Shown here: one piece after another, positions 9,578 through 20,339 of the stretch | Numbering within the stretch: the first letter of the stretch is position 1 | Layout: each line of letters opens with the position of its first letter | Assembly: GCA_965242695.1 (NCBI GenBank) | Contig: CBDESU010000001.1 | Location: 1,600,001 to 1,664,000, forward strand | DNA from: Cenarchaeum sp. | GTDB lineage: Archaea > Thermoproteota > Nitrososphaeria > Nitrososphaerales > Nitrosopumilaceae | Reading direction: 5' to 3' | Length of the DNA stretch: 64,000 nucleotides | Translations under genes and position numbers: made by a program | Notes under the pieces: generated by a model | The model's input: the letters and a program-made list of their open reading frames with translations, nothing else | Databases searched by the model: none | What the model was told of the DNA's origin: nothing

Positions 9578-10554
9578 TGCGCCCTGACGAGGCGGCCCCC
9601 GTCGCATCGTTCTCGCGGCACGAGACGTTCCACCTCCGGTACGGGTGGCTCAAGAAGGGGTATGATGCGATCGCAAGGGATCCGCACGCGTTCACGCGCG
9701 ACGATGCGACGGTGAGGCTCGGCGTCGGCAAGAACATGGTAAGGTCGATCCGGTTCTGGGGGCTGGCGGCAAAGGTGTACGAGGCCGACAAGAAGACAAA
9801 GACTGCAAGGCCGACGGAGATGGGCCGCGCGCTGCTCGACGATGCGGGCGGGATGGACCCGTACCTAGAGAGGCCCGACACCCTGTGGATACTCCACTGG
9901 CTCGTCTTTGCGCCCCCCTGCCTGCTGCCGGCGTGGTGGGTGCTGGTCAACGATGCGCTGGCCGGATCCGTCGTCGTGGCCACCGACGACATGAGGAGGA
10001 GGGTGCGCGATGCGGTAGAGTCGGTCGACGCGTGGAGGCGGCCGAGCCCCCGCTCGGTCGACAAGGACTTTGACGTGTTCGTCCACACGTACTCGTCGAG
10101 GAGGGGGCGCGACATGGTAGAGGACTATCTGGACTGCCCGTTTCGCAGCCTGCACGTGCTCCGGCAGGGCACGCGCGACGAGATGAGGTTTGTGCAGGGC
10201 CCAAAGCCCGGCCTCTCGCCGCTCGCCGCCGCGTTCGCATGCCTAGACTTTGCCGACAGGTCGGGGTCGGCAGGGCGCACGGCGAGCGTCCACCGGCTGG
10301 CCATGGAGGCTGGCAGTCCCGGCAGGGCCCTCAGGCTTGACGAGGCCGACATGGCCGATCTCTTGGCGGGGGCCGCCGACGAGTGCGATGCGATCGCGGT
10401 GCGCAACGTAAACGGCGCGCAGAGCCTCGCGTTCGGGGACGGGGCGGGCGCGGCCCGGGAAGAGGTGCTGCGGGCGATATACGGGCGGCGGGCGCGTAGG
10501 AAGGGCAGGAAGAGGATCGCCGCTCCGGCGACTCTGGAGGTCGAGGCCGCATGA
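9577..10554 (+). CDS. sspB: DUF4007 protein, SspB-like
   Basis: FSRHETFHLRYGWLKKG and LGVGKNMVRSIRFW are DUF4007 hallmarks. Confidence 0.85.
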   Translation: MRPDEAAPVASFSRHETFHLRYGWLKKGYDAIARDPHAFTRDDATVRLGVGKNMVRSIRFWGLAAKVYEADKKTKTARPTEMGRALLDDAGGMDPYLERPDTLWILHWLVFAPPCLLPAWWVLVNDALAGSVVVATDDMRRRVRDAVESVDAWRRPSPRSVDKDFDVFVHTYSSRRGRDMVEDYLDCPFRSLHVLRQGTRDEMRFVQGPKPGLSPLAAAFACLDFADRSGSAGRTASVHRLAMEAGSPGRALRLDEADMADLLAGAADECDAIAVRNVNGAQSLAFGDGAGAAREEVLRAIYGRRARRKGRKRIAAPATLEVEAA

Positions 10555-12648
10555 CCCGTGCGAGGGCCGCAGGGGCAGGCAAGAGGGGCGCCGCTCCGGC
10601 AAGGGCGGCCGCGGCCCAAGCGGCTGCCGCAAGGACGGCCGCAAAAAAGAGACACGGTGAAGCCACGCCGCTCACGAGGATCGTGCGCGTGAGGCCGCCG
10701 GCGTACGCCTCGGTCAGCATAGAGAACGACCTGCACGACAAGGGCGGCGGCGCGCTAGACGGCTACATACCCGGCGCGGGCACGCTCGACACCGTATCGC
10801 GGCTTGGCGCCGGCATGCGCGGCGGCAAGCGCGGGCATGCAATCTCGGTGACCGGCCCGTACGGGTCGGGCAAGTCCGCAATGGCCGTATTCCTAGACGC
10901 CCTGCTTGCGCCCAAAAAGTCGCGCGAGTACGCAACGGCAAAAGAGATACTGCGCGAGGCGGACTCCCGCCTTGCCGACGTGTTCGACAAGTCGAGGCTG
11001 CAGCTCGGCATACAGCGGCGCGGGATGATCCGGTGCATGGCGACGGCCAAGCGCGAGCCCGTGTCGGCGACGATACTGCGCGCGCTAGACGCCGGGGCCC
11101 GGCGGCGCTTTGGGGACTACAAGGAGTCCGACTTTGAGGGCGCATCTGCCCTGTCCCGCATGGTGCGCGGCCTGGGCCGCGGCACGGCCCCCGACGCGGC
11201 CGCCGTCGCCGAGGCGGCGCGAGGCATGTGCACGGCCGATCCGGTCATTGTCGTGATCGACGAGTTTGGCAAGAACGTAGAGTACTTTACCGACGAGAAC
11301 ACGCGCGAGGGCGACCTGTTCCTGCTGCAGGAGCTCGCCGAGATGTCGGGCGCCTCGAGGGGCGTGCGCCTGTTCGTTGTGACGATGCAGCACATGGCGT
11401 TCGAAGAGTACGCGTCGGGCGCCTCGTCGTCGCAGAGGCGCGAGTGGGCAAAGGTGCAGGGCAGGTTCGACGACATACCGTTTGCAAACTCGCCAGAGCA
11501 GGCAAGGCGGCTCGTCAGGAGCGTCCTGGGGCCGGCCGGAACGGGCGGCAAAAAGGTCGGCACGGCGCTTCGCAAGTGGTCAAGGGATCAGGCCGGCAGG
11601 GCCGCGGCCATGGGGCTCGGCGGCGACTTGGACGAGGGGCTGCTGCACTCGTGCTACCCGCTACACCCGCTCTCGCTAGAGGTGCTGCCCGAGCTGTGCT
11701 CTAGGTACGGGCAGCACGAGCGCACGCTGATCTCGTTCATGGCCGGCGGCGGCGAGCATACGGTGGCGGGCTTTGTCGACAGGGCCGCGTGGGACGGGGC
11801 GGGGCAGCCGCCGACCGTAATGCTCGACGCGCTGTACGACTACTTTGTGGCCGGCTCGGCCCTGGTCCGCTCGGCGTCGTCGTCGGGCGCATCCAGGCTC
11901 TTGGAGATAGAGACCATAATACGCGACACGCAGGGGCTGTCCGACGACGAGTCGCGCGTGCTAAAGGCCGTCGGCGTGCTGAACCTGGTAGGGAGGGCCG
12001 GCAGGCTGCGTGCCTCGCGCAGCATGGTCGCGTACGCGGCCGGCATTGCAAGGCCCGATGCGGCCCTAAAGTCGCTCGAAAAGCGGTCAATACTGACGTA
12101 CCGCCGGCACTCTGACGAGTACCGCGTGTGGCACGGCACCGATGTCGATGTGCAGATGAGCCTGGATAACGCGCGCCGCAGGCTGGTTGCAATGCCGCTT
12201 ACCGGCCTGCTAAAGGCCACGCTGCCGCTCGACCCCGTGGTGGCGGCCCGGCATGCACTGCAGACCGGCACGACCCGAATATTCGAGAGGGTGTTTGCAG
12301 GGGCGGCCGAGGTAGCATCCGTCCAGCCTGGGCCAGGGTTTGACGGGGTGATCGTGTACCTGGCCGGCGAGGAGAGTGAAGGTCAGAAGGGCGGCGACAC
12401 TCCCCTGCCTGCGGCCGGCAGTCAAGAGGGGAAGAGGCCAGCTGTCGTAATCAGGGCGGCCGATCTAGAGGCCCTGCGCGAGGCTGCCCTGGAGGTCGCA
12501 TCCGTGCGAGACGTTCGCGACAACAGCCCAGAGGTGCAGGCCGACTGGGTGGCGCGCCGCGAGATTACCGAGCGCCTAGCTTGGGCAGAGTCGGCCCTAG
12601 AGAGGGCGTTTGAGGGGGCGTACGGTACAGGGAGTATGATACTAAGCG
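10551..12648 (+). CDS. sspC: SspC-like P-loop ATPase, N-terminal part (truncated at the inversion breakpoint; ORF runs on into unrelated sequence to 12887)
   Basis: Walker A GPYGSGKS, Walker B IDEFGKN, EWAKVQGRF, CYPLHP, GQHERTL. Confidence 0.85.
12634..12648 (+). repeat. Left inverted repeat of putative invertible segment
   Basis: GTATGATACTAAGCG; 14/15 match to the reverse complement of 14238-14252; sits in the dyad ATGATA-N8-TATCAT. Confidence 0.8.
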
Positions 12649-12792
12649 TTATCATCGCGTTTTCTCCTTCTAGGCGTCACGGACAGGCGCGATCGGCGCC
12701 CGGCAGGGCGTTCGGACGGCCGTACAGGGCCGCGTGGACCTCTGCGGCCAAGGGCAGGCCGCGGGCGCCGGCAGCATGGATCGCCGCACAGC

Positions 12793-14250
12793 CTAGCGCC
12801 GCTTGCCCCCCGACAGCCTGCCGCTCAGCTCGGCGAGCAGGGCCTTCACGCCGTCGCCGGCAAGCCCCCTTGCCTGCAGGTCCCTGATGGCACGATCGGC
12901 GGCCCTCTTGACGTGTGGTGCCTTGTCGGGCGGCAGGGCGACGATCGCATTCTCCTCGCCCCCATCTGGCCGCGTCACGGTCACGCGGTACGCAGGATGG
13001 TCGTATGCGTCGGACACCTCTGCGAGGTGCATCGATGCCAAGCGGGAGAACCGAGCCGAGATGTCCCTCAGCTTGTTGGTAAACAGGACGCGCTGCTCGT
13101 CGCTCCACTCGGACGGTGGCATGCCCGTGAGTGTGAGGGCCACGTATTTTATCCAGTCCTCGTTGCTCTCCAGCACGTCGTTTGACACGGCAGTCAGGAA
13201 CACCTTCATCTCGCGGTCCAGCACGTGCGGGGCTACCACTGCGGCCGCCCTCGAAAGCTTTTTGCGGGTCGACATCAAGGTAGACTTCAACACATCCTTG
13301 ACAAGGCCGCCAAGCATTACGCTGAACGCCCCTGACAGCTCGGCCAGCGACTTTGCAAGGGCGGTGGCAAACTTGTATATTTTTTCTTGTCCGGGGTCGA
13401 CATGACCAGACATGGCATCATAACCGAGTGCCCGAGGCAACGACTTTAGGAGCAGTGAGTCCGGTTCGACGGCCGTCTCGACGGCTAGGCGCACGGCGAG
13501 CGCCCTCTTGCTGAGCATCCGGGTCTTTTTGATATGTGGTGGGAGTGATGCATAGACGCCCACGAGGTGGGAGACGACGTCAAGGAGTGATGCCTTTGCC
13601 GCATCTTCCGGGGGCTGGACTCCAAGCTTGCCGGCGACCTGTCGTATGGTGGCCATGGCTGCCACGCCTTGTCCAAAGTATTTTATTTCAAAATGGGCAG
13701 GATTCCTGACAAGGCGCTCTGTAATCTCTGTCGTTATGGCGCGGCAGTACGTCCCGTGCTCGTACAGTGCGATGCGGTCTCGGTGCACGAGCAGGACGGA
13801 CACTGCAAGTAGGGGCATCAGTCCGGCCTTTACGCCGTAGGGCGGTTTGGAGAGTGACTCGTACACTGCAAGCAGGGACAGACGTTTGCCGGCATCTCTT
13901 GCCATCCCGACAATCTTTTTCCATGCAGGCTTGAAGTCTGCCCGGGAGGGAGATCGCATTACATGCACAAGGCCGGGCGCGCGGTGCATTCCCGATCGCG
14001 ACAGGACGGCCTCGTAGATCGCCCTGTCGGGGCCCCACCCCTCGATGCCCAAGAGTGGTGCGTCCGCCCGCTCGACCATGCCGCCGAGGAGCCTGTACAG
14101 GGCCGTCGAGCCCTGCGGCGTCAGCGCGTTGCGGTTGATCATCTCGTTGAAGACGTGCGGCGTGTTCGTGTACCACTGGTCACAGTACTCTGAGGCGATC
14201 GAGCTGGGGGTGTCCGAGCCCTTTGTATGCCCAGTATCGCTTAATATCAT
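12793..14250 (-). CDS. sspC: SspC-like ATPase, C-terminal part in inverted orientation
   Basis: CDQWY..TP...NEMINR..L..QG, GPDRAIY, PPYGVKAGL, IALYEHG motifs typical of SspC C-terminal halves; begins MILS in register with the N-terminal part. Confidence 0.8.
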   Translation of the reverse strand: MILSDTGHTKGSDTPSSIASEYCDQWYTNTPHVFNEMINRNALTPQGSTALYRLLGGMVERADAPLLGIEGWGPDRAIYEAVLSRSGMHRAPGLVHVMRSPSRADFKPAWKKIVGMARDAGKRLSLLAVYESLSKPPYGVKAGLMPLLAVSVLLVHRDRIALYEHGTYCRAITTEITERLVRNPAHFEIKYFGQGVAAMATIRQVAGKLGVQPPEDAAKASLLDVVSHLVGVYASLPPHIKKTRMLSKRALAVRLAVETAVEPDSLLLKSLPRALGYDAMSGHVDPGQEKIYKFATALAKSLAELSGAFSVMLGGLVKDVLKSTLMSTRKKLSRAAAVVAPHVLDREMKVFLTAVSNDVLESNEDWIKYVALTLTGMPPSEWSDEQRVLFTNKLRDISARFSRLASMHLAEVSDAYDHPAYRVTVTRPDGGEENAIVALPPDKAPHVKRAADRAIRDLQARGLAGDGVKALLAELSGRLSGGKRR

Positions 14251-14252
14251 AC
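14238..14252 (-). repeat. Right inverted repeat of putative invertible segment
   Basis: + strand CGCTTAATATCATAC, reverse complement GTATGATATTAAGCG. Confidence 0.8.
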
Positions 14253-14268
14253 CCGTGCGCCTCGGCCC

Positions 14269-15105
14269 GTGCGCCACGTCTGCGGCATCTCGGGCGGCAA
14301 GGACTCTAGCGCCTTGGCCGTGTACATGCGCGAGAGGGTACCCGACATGGAGTACTTTTTCTGCGACACGGGCGCCGAGCTGCCCGAGACGTACGCATAC
14401 CTTGCCAAGCTAGAGGTCGTCCTAGGCAAGCCGATCGCGCGCCTCAACTCGACGAGGGGGTTCGACCACTACTTTGAGGTGTTCAGGGGAACGCTACCCT
14501 CGCCTCAGATGAGGTGGTGCACCACGCTCCTCAAGATAAAGCCGCTGGAGGAGTGGATAGGCGACGAGGAGGTCGTCTCGTACGTGGCCATACGGGCCGA
14601 CGAGAGCAACCGCAAGGGATACATCTCGACAAAGCCGAACATACGCACAAAGTTCCCGTTCGTTGACGACGACATCGACCACGCTGGTGTGATCCGCATA
14701 CTGGAGGACTCTGGGCTTAACTTGCCCGACTACTACAAATGGAGGACGCGGTCGGGATGCTATTTTTGCTTCTTCCAGCGCAAGGCCGAGTGGGTGGGCC
14801 TGGCCGAGCACCATCCTGAGTTGTTCAAAAGGGCCGTGTCTATAGAACAAAAAATATTAAAAGATGCAGGTATAGACGGTGACGCATCATTCGAATCTAA
14901 CGCAATGAAAAATGGTAACTATACTTGGTCGCCCGGCGAAACATTGGAACAGCTTTTAAAACGCAAAGATGATATAATACGTAATCACAAAAAACGTCTT
15001 GAAAAATCTAGATCTGCACAAAAAAATCGACCGTTAATAAGCATTCTGGCAGAAAGTTTAGATAGTGAAAGTTCCGACACGGGATGCACGGTATGCCATC
15101 TATAG
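14269..15105 (+). CDS. sspD: PAPS reductase-family protein, SspD/DndC-like
   Basis: SGGKDS PP-loop, RWCT..LKIKP, RSGCYFCFFQ, terminal CTVCHL. Confidence 0.88.
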   Translation: MRHVCGISGGKDSSALAVYMRERVPDMEYFFCDTGAELPETYAYLAKLEVVLGKPIARLNSTRGFDHYFEVFRGTLPSPQMRWCTTLLKIKPLEEWIGDEEVVSYVAIRADESNRKGYISTKPNIRTKFPFVDDDIDHAGVIRILEDSGLNLPDYYKWRTRSGCYFCFFQRKAEWVGLAEHHPELFKRAVSIEQKILKDAGIDGDASFESNAMKNGNYTWSPGETLEQLLKRKDDIIRNHKKRLEKSRSAQKNRPLISILAESLDSESSDTGCTVCHL

Positions 15106-15330
15106 GTGATAAAAATGACAACAGGTATTAGTTATAAACTAAGCGATCTTATAAAAGAATCGATTCATGAGAAAGAAGGGCCAGACAGTATAAACGAATT
15201 GCTTGTAGACATACTTGAAAAAGAAGCTGAATGGCAATATGAAAGCCCCTATGATGCACTAGCAGAGTTTAAAAAAACATACAAGAAATTAATTCAATTG
15301 CATTGTCCATACAAGGTGGGATCAAATTGA
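15106..15330 (+). CDS. Small protein of the SMC-ATPase module (PbeB-like by position)
   Basis: 74-aa ORF tightly packed between sspD and the ATPase; AT-rich. Confidence 0.55.
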   Translation: MIKMTTGISYKLSDLIKESIHEKEGPDSINELLVDILEKEAEWQYESPYDALAEFKKTYKKLIQLHCPYKVGSN

Positions 15331-17504
15331 ATGGGGAGTATAGGATCGTGGAGGTTCGCCTGAATAACTACAGGCAATATTATGGTTCTGTCACGGTGAC
15401 ACTTGCGTCACAAAAAGACAGATTTGCAGCTGTGATCGGAAACAATGGCGCGGGTAAATCCAACATTCTTAATGCGATCAATTGGTGCTTTTTTCACAAA
15501 GAACCACACATGCGGCAGCTTGAAGGACTTCCAATCATCAACATCAAGCGTATCAAGGAAGCCGATGAAGAATCAAAAATTGAAATGAGTGTATCCGTAA
15601 TACTTGAGCAGGGTACGACAAAATATAACGTAACTAGAAAACTTGCGGTTGTTAAACACAAATTGGAAGTGGGTGCTGATGGCGAGTACCGAATTATTAA
15701 CCTAGAAGATGCACCATATAGTGAGCTTATGCCTGTAGGATTTGAAAAGCTTTACAATCTTTCAAGGCCAACATTTCACAGGTCTGAAAATGGCGGGACC
15801 TGGGAAGATCAAACAAAGTCACATAGATTCAGTGCAATAGTAAATCAAATATTGCCAGAATCGCTATCGAAGTTTTTCTTGTTGGATGGGGAATTTCTCG
15901 AGAAGTTTTTCGATGGACAACAAAAAATTAGCGAAGGTGTGAGGCAAATTTCACAACTTAATGTTTTGGAGGAAACATTGAATCATATAAAACGTGTAAA
16001 ATCGTCAGGTCGTGCTAATTATGATAATCAAAAAGTAAATGATCTCGAAGACAAAATCAAATTACATGAAAAATGGCTGGATTCGTTGGGCGATAACGGT
16101 GAAGAGTTAACGGATGAACTTATACCCGGTACTGATAGGGCATATCACAAAAATGGAGTGCCGAGGGAAAAAGACCTGAAAAGTGCACTAGTATACCTAG
16201 ACAGTGAGCGTAACAACATTCGTAAAAAGCTGTATGAACAAGGACAAATATCCAACGCAGATCTTCATAAGAAAAAGGCAGAGCTGGATGATAAAGTTAG
16301 CAATGTCGGTAGTCAACGATACAAAATTATAAAGCAGCAAAGAGATCTGCTGATTAAACAAAGTCCTAAAATAATGCTGGGCGAGGCCTTGAAGAATACG
16401 ATTGACATGGTGAATGTCGAAATAGAAAAAGGCAAGCTTCCAAATCGAAGTAAAATCATATTAGCTAATGATCTCCTGTCAAGAGAAACTTGCATTTGTG
16501 GAACAAGTCTTAAAACTGGAACCAGAGCGCGTGACAACGTAGAATCAATGAGGGCATCAGTCTACGACGATGTTGATCTAGACTTGGCCAATGATATTAA
16601 GTATGCAAATGAACAAGATGTAGGAAAGATGGTGGAAGTTAAGAAAATGATAGGCAAGAACACGATTGAAATCAATGACTTTGGAGACACATTACGAAAG
16701 ATTGGTGAAGAGATATTAGAGATTAAGAATCAGATAGTTGATGACTCGGATGATCAATTTCAACTGATGACACAACAGGGGCAGCGCATAGACAGGGATT
16801 ATGACAAGGTCCAAAAAGAACTAAGTGATATTGGGTTAGAGATTAAACGGCGGCAAGGAGATTTGAAATCGTGCAGGCAGGACTTGAGCGCCATAAATGT
16901 CAGTAATGAGAAAGTGGCAAGGAGATTATATGAATCAAAAGTGTTAGAACAAGTACATGACTTGCTCGAATCGCTTTGTGAAGATTTAAGCGACAGTATA
17001 AGAAAAAAAATTCAAGATAAAACAACTATGTATTTTAAAAAAATAATGTGGAAGGAGGGATTTTTCGAGCAGGTCCAAATCGACAAGGATTACAGGCTTA
17101 AGTTGCTAACGACGACGGGATTTGATGCTATCGATAGCCTAGCTGCTGGAGAGAAATTGTTTCTTGCGTTCGCATTTGTTGCGGCCCTCCGTGAAATCAC
17201 GGGCTACAGATTTCCATTAGTCATCGATAGCCCGCTTGGAAAAGTGGCAGGAACACCACGAAGGCTATTAGCCAAACAGTTGCCCGTTTTTCTTCCTAAC
17301 TCACAATTGGTTTTGTTAGTCACTAACACAGAATATTTGGTCCCACTTCCTACTAACGATGAAGACCCAAAACCTGGAAAATCGTTCAAGAGTATACTGT
17401 CTGAAAAAGTGAGCGTGTGCGAGTCCGTCATAGAGTTACACAAGGCAAACCACAGCTCTAAGGTCGTTCCGTACGACAACGGGGGGATGGATAATGACTA
17501 CTGA
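15327..17504 (+). CDS. SMC/Rad50-like ABC ATPase with CxC hook (PbeC/DndD-like)
   Basis: NYRQY, Walker A GNNGAGKS, FFLLDGE, long coiled coils, CICG, signature LAAGE, Walker B LVIDSP; TTG start overlaps the upstream stop. Confidence 0.85.
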   Translation: MNGEYRIVEVRLNNYRQYYGSVTVTLASQKDRFAAVIGNNGAGKSNILNAINWCFFHKEPHMRQLEGLPIINIKRIKEADEESKIEMSVSVILEQGTTKYNVTRKLAVVKHKLEVGADGEYRIINLEDAPYSELMPVGFEKLYNLSRPTFHRSENGGTWEDQTKSHRFSAIVNQILPESLSKFFLLDGEFLEKFFDGQQKISEGVRQISQLNVLEETLNHIKRVKSSGRANYDNQKVNDLEDKIKLHEKWLDSLGDNGEELTDELIPGTDRAYHKNGVPREKDLKSALVYLDSERNNIRKKLYEQGQISNADLHKKKAELDDKVSNVGSQRYKIIKQQRDLLIKQSPKIMLGEALKNTIDMVNVEIEKGKLPNRSKIILANDLLSRETCICGTSLKTGTRARDNVESMRASVYDDVDLDLANDIKYANEQDVGKMVEVKKMIGKNTIEINDFGDTLRKIGEEILEIKNQIVDDSDDQFQLMTQQGQRIDRDYDKVQKELSDIGLEIKRRQGDLKSCRQDLSAINVSNEKVARRLYESKVLEQVHDLLESLCEDLSDSIRKKIQDKTTMYFKKIMWKEGFFEQVQIDKDYRLKLLTTTGFDAIDSLAAGEKLFLAFAFVAALREITGYRFPLVIDSPLGKVAGTPRRLLAKQLPVFLPNSQLVLLVTNTEYLVPLPTNDEDPKPGKSFKSILSEKVSVCESVIELHKANHSSKVVPYDNGGMDNDY

Positions 17505-17922
17505 TCTAGATGCAAAATTCCCCGAAGTTTTGTATGATCGAAGCTTGAATGAGAAACTGCTTGAACTTGTCAATCAAGATTGGTCACCATTTAAGGGGCA
17601 TACTATGGCCGACGTGTTCATCTACACTATGGCATACGCATTTTCACGCAACATGAAAGCAAGGCCGCTAAGCCCAAAACCCATGAAACTTCCCCCCCAG
17701 GCATTTGATGCCGAAAAACGAACATTGATGCGCTCGCTTGCAATGCATGTTAAAAACGATATTTCAGTGATTAAGAACAACAACGAAGTTATAACGATAT
17801 GTGCCGAATATTCTAACGCTGGAACTACAGAAGTTTACAATACATTGTACAATAAAGAGCACAACGTCACATCGGAAAATGTGTTGGAAGAGTTTTTGGA
17901 GGAGCGTGACAATTCATGCTAG
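17494..17922 (+). CDS. Small DndE/PbeD-like protein
   Basis: 142 aa, overlaps the ATPase stop; F...MAYAF...EYSNAG pattern reminiscent of Dnd-associated small proteins. Confidence 0.5.
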   Translation: MTTDLDAKFPEVLYDRSLNEKLLELVNQDWSPFKGHTMADVFIYTMAYAFSRNMKARPLSPKPMKLPPQAFDAEKRTLMRSLAMHVKNDISVIKNNNEVITICAEYSNAGTTEVYNTLYNKEHNVTSENVLEEFLEERDNSC

Positions 17923-18886
17923 GCATAATAGGAACATCGGCAAGCACAAGGCGTACGGCAAGATGTACAAAGTGGCATCTATTGCAGATCCAAGGCATTA
18001 CTAGACAAGTCAGAGGGATTGAACATGACACTAATGAATAATAAGTTCGAACCAAAGATGTGCTGGGATTCTGACACAGACAACATACTTGATGACTTTT
18101 ATCTTCAGGGGTTAAAAAATAGCAAGAAGTATGATCGTCTTGCAGGGTATTTTTCATCAACACTATTTGTCAGAACTGCATATGAAACGCTAGATTTTAT
18201 AAAACGTGGTGGGAGAATAAGAATTGTGACCAGTGCCACACTTTCGTATAACGATTTAGATACAATAAAAAACATAAATCACTATGCAAATGCTGTAGAC
18301 GAATCATTCTTAAACGAAATAGTAAAAAATACTAATGAAATAGAACATAAATGTAAATCATTATTTGGCTGGTTGTTGAATCAAAAGGTCGAAGGGAAGC
18401 CGCAGTTAGAAATCAAAATTGCAATGCCAAAAAGGCCTACAGGCATATTTCATCAAAAAGTTGGAATATTTACTCTTGTAGACAACAGCATAGTGACATT
18501 TTCTGGATCAGTTAATGAAACAGTCAAAGGCTGGCAGGACAATGTTGAGCAATTTAAAGTGTTCATGAGTGGAAAGGACAGAACAAACGAACATGCAATC
18601 AAAAATGACCAAGATAATTTTGAAAGGTATTGGAAAAATCAAAATTCTGGATACAAAGTTGTGAACTTACCAAAAGCAGTCACCACCCATTTGCTGTCTA
18701 TTGCCCCCAATTCGGAATCAGAGTTTAAGTCGTTAGTAGACCACTTGGAAAAGAAATTCTACAAAAAGCGTGTTAGATCATCAGGCATAGTGTTGAGAGA
18801 CTATCAAGAAAAGGCAATAGAATTATGGGCAAAAAATAATTTTCGCGGCATATTCGCAATGGCAACGGGTACTGGTAAAACATATA

Positions 18887-20339
18887 TTGTTCACGTCATA
18901 AAGATTTGACTTATTTTACCCAAACTATTTGACGCGGTCAGGGTCTGCAAACAGTGGGATGTATTTTTTGGGCGACTTCGGTACCGGTTGATCGCCGTAT
19001 TTGCGGATTATATAATTCAACGCTCCTTCTTTACCATGTCGATTTTTTCTTCGCTTTATGTTTCGCCTGTATGCATACGGACTTCTCAATAGATATTTCC
19101 AAAGGTTGAGGCGAGGGTTTAACATAGTGTTAAGGTATCTTAGTGTCTTCCGCCTCTTTTTTGTAATACTTGAAAAATATTCATCATAGAACTCGGCAAG
19201 CTTGGTTTGGCGCCAATTTGCCTCCTGTAGACTCAAGTATGACGACCCCGGTGGAAGATAAAATATGATTATCATGTTTTCCATCTTGTCAATGAAATCC
19301 TTTAGTTTCTTGGACTTGTGCCATCCTGCGTTGTCAGAGATCACCACGATTGGGCCGAATTCTTCGACCGCTTTTTTCAAAAGCTTGATGACACCATCAG
19401 TGTTGGCTGCGTCGTACATAACGTTGCAATGCCGAGCAACGCCATTTTTGTCGGGCTCGGTGGTCAGTCCCAGTGCGACACACTTGGAACCCTCTCCAAT
19501 GTAGGGCACCTTGACGGCCTCGCCCGGGGGCGACCAGTAGATCAGCTTGCCGTTCGCGTCTTGGTATACTATCATCTCGTCCTCGATCACCACTAGATAA
19601 CCCTCTTTTTTGAGCGCCAAAATCTGGGGTAGGACCACTTTGCGCCAGTAGTAGACCTCGTGCGGTTCGGGCGATCCAACGTGTGCCTTCTCTGCCTTCT
19701 TTCCGGTCAGGCCTTCCTCGTGCAGTATGCGCAGGGCCTGCCTTTTGGACATTCTTAACTTGCACAGTTTGTACATTTCAGTGATAAGCTTGCGGGGGGT
19801 AATACGACCGCCGTTTTTCTTGATATTTTTGATCGCCTTTTTGACCAGTTTGCGATCATAAACGTGCGGTCGTCCCTGCCCGCCCTTATCGTACAGCCCG
19901 TTGACCCCCTTCAAGGTGAATCTTTTCATGTAATTTCTGACCGAACCTGTGGATACGCTTAGCTCTTCCGCGGTCATTTTGCAGGCCTTTGTTTTTTTCA
20001 TTTTTGATTTTTTGATCTTTACGCGAACAGAATTAACAACTAGCATTCTTTTTAGAGCCCTTGGATCTTTCTCCACCTTGATTGCTCTTTGGAGATTTCC
20101 TAACCTCATTGCCCGCCGACGCTCAGCGGGGTCTATTATATCTAGGCCTGCGTCCAAATGCCTAGAATGAAAAATTGAGTATCAGCTTTTTAGTATAAAT
20201 GATTAAAATCTATGGAATCAATTGATATCAAATCAAGTCCTGGGTGGAGTGTATGCAACCACATCGTCTGCAATCGATCGTTAATGGTTGATGGTTGGCT
20301 TGCTTCACAATTAGTGTCAAAACTTTATGTCCTAAACAA
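18887..20339 (-). mobile_element. IS630/Tc1-family insertion sequence #1
   Basis: Imperfect TIRs TTGTTCACGTCATAAAGATTTGAC / TTGTTTAGGACATAAAGTTTTGAC; TA duplication at 18885-86 and 20340-41. Confidence 0.9.
18925..20157 (-). CDS. IS630-family transposase
   Basis: N-terminal HTHs; DDE motifs EDEM, SDNAGWHKS, YLPPGSSYLSLQEANW. Confidence 0.9.
   Translation of the reverse strand: MDAGLDIIDPAERRRAMRLGNLQRAIKVEKDPRALKRMLVVNSVRVKIKKSKMKKTKACKMTAEELSVSTGSVRNYMKRFTLKGVNGLYDKGGQGRPHVYDRKLVKKAIKNIKKNGGRITPRKLITEMYKLCKLRMSKRQALRILHEEGLTGKKAEKAHVGSPEPHEVYYWRKVVLPQILALKKEGYLVVIEDEMIVYQDANGKLIYWSPPGEAVKVPYIGEGSKCVALGLTTEPDKNGVARHCNVMYDAANTDGVIKLLKKAVEEFGPIVVISDNAGWHKSKKLKDFIDKMENMIIIFYLPPGSSYLSLQEANWRQTKLAEFYDEYFSSITKKRRKTLRYLNTMLNPRLNLWKYLLRSPYAYRRNIKRRKNRHGKEGALNYIIRKYGDQPVPKSPKKYIPLFADPDRVK

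Noticed and set aside
12422-12670. AAGGAG + ATG (12655, minus strand) becoming the sspD start after inversion
   Set aside because: By manual frame check it would be out of frame with sspD, and the repeat has a stop codon in the sspD frame.
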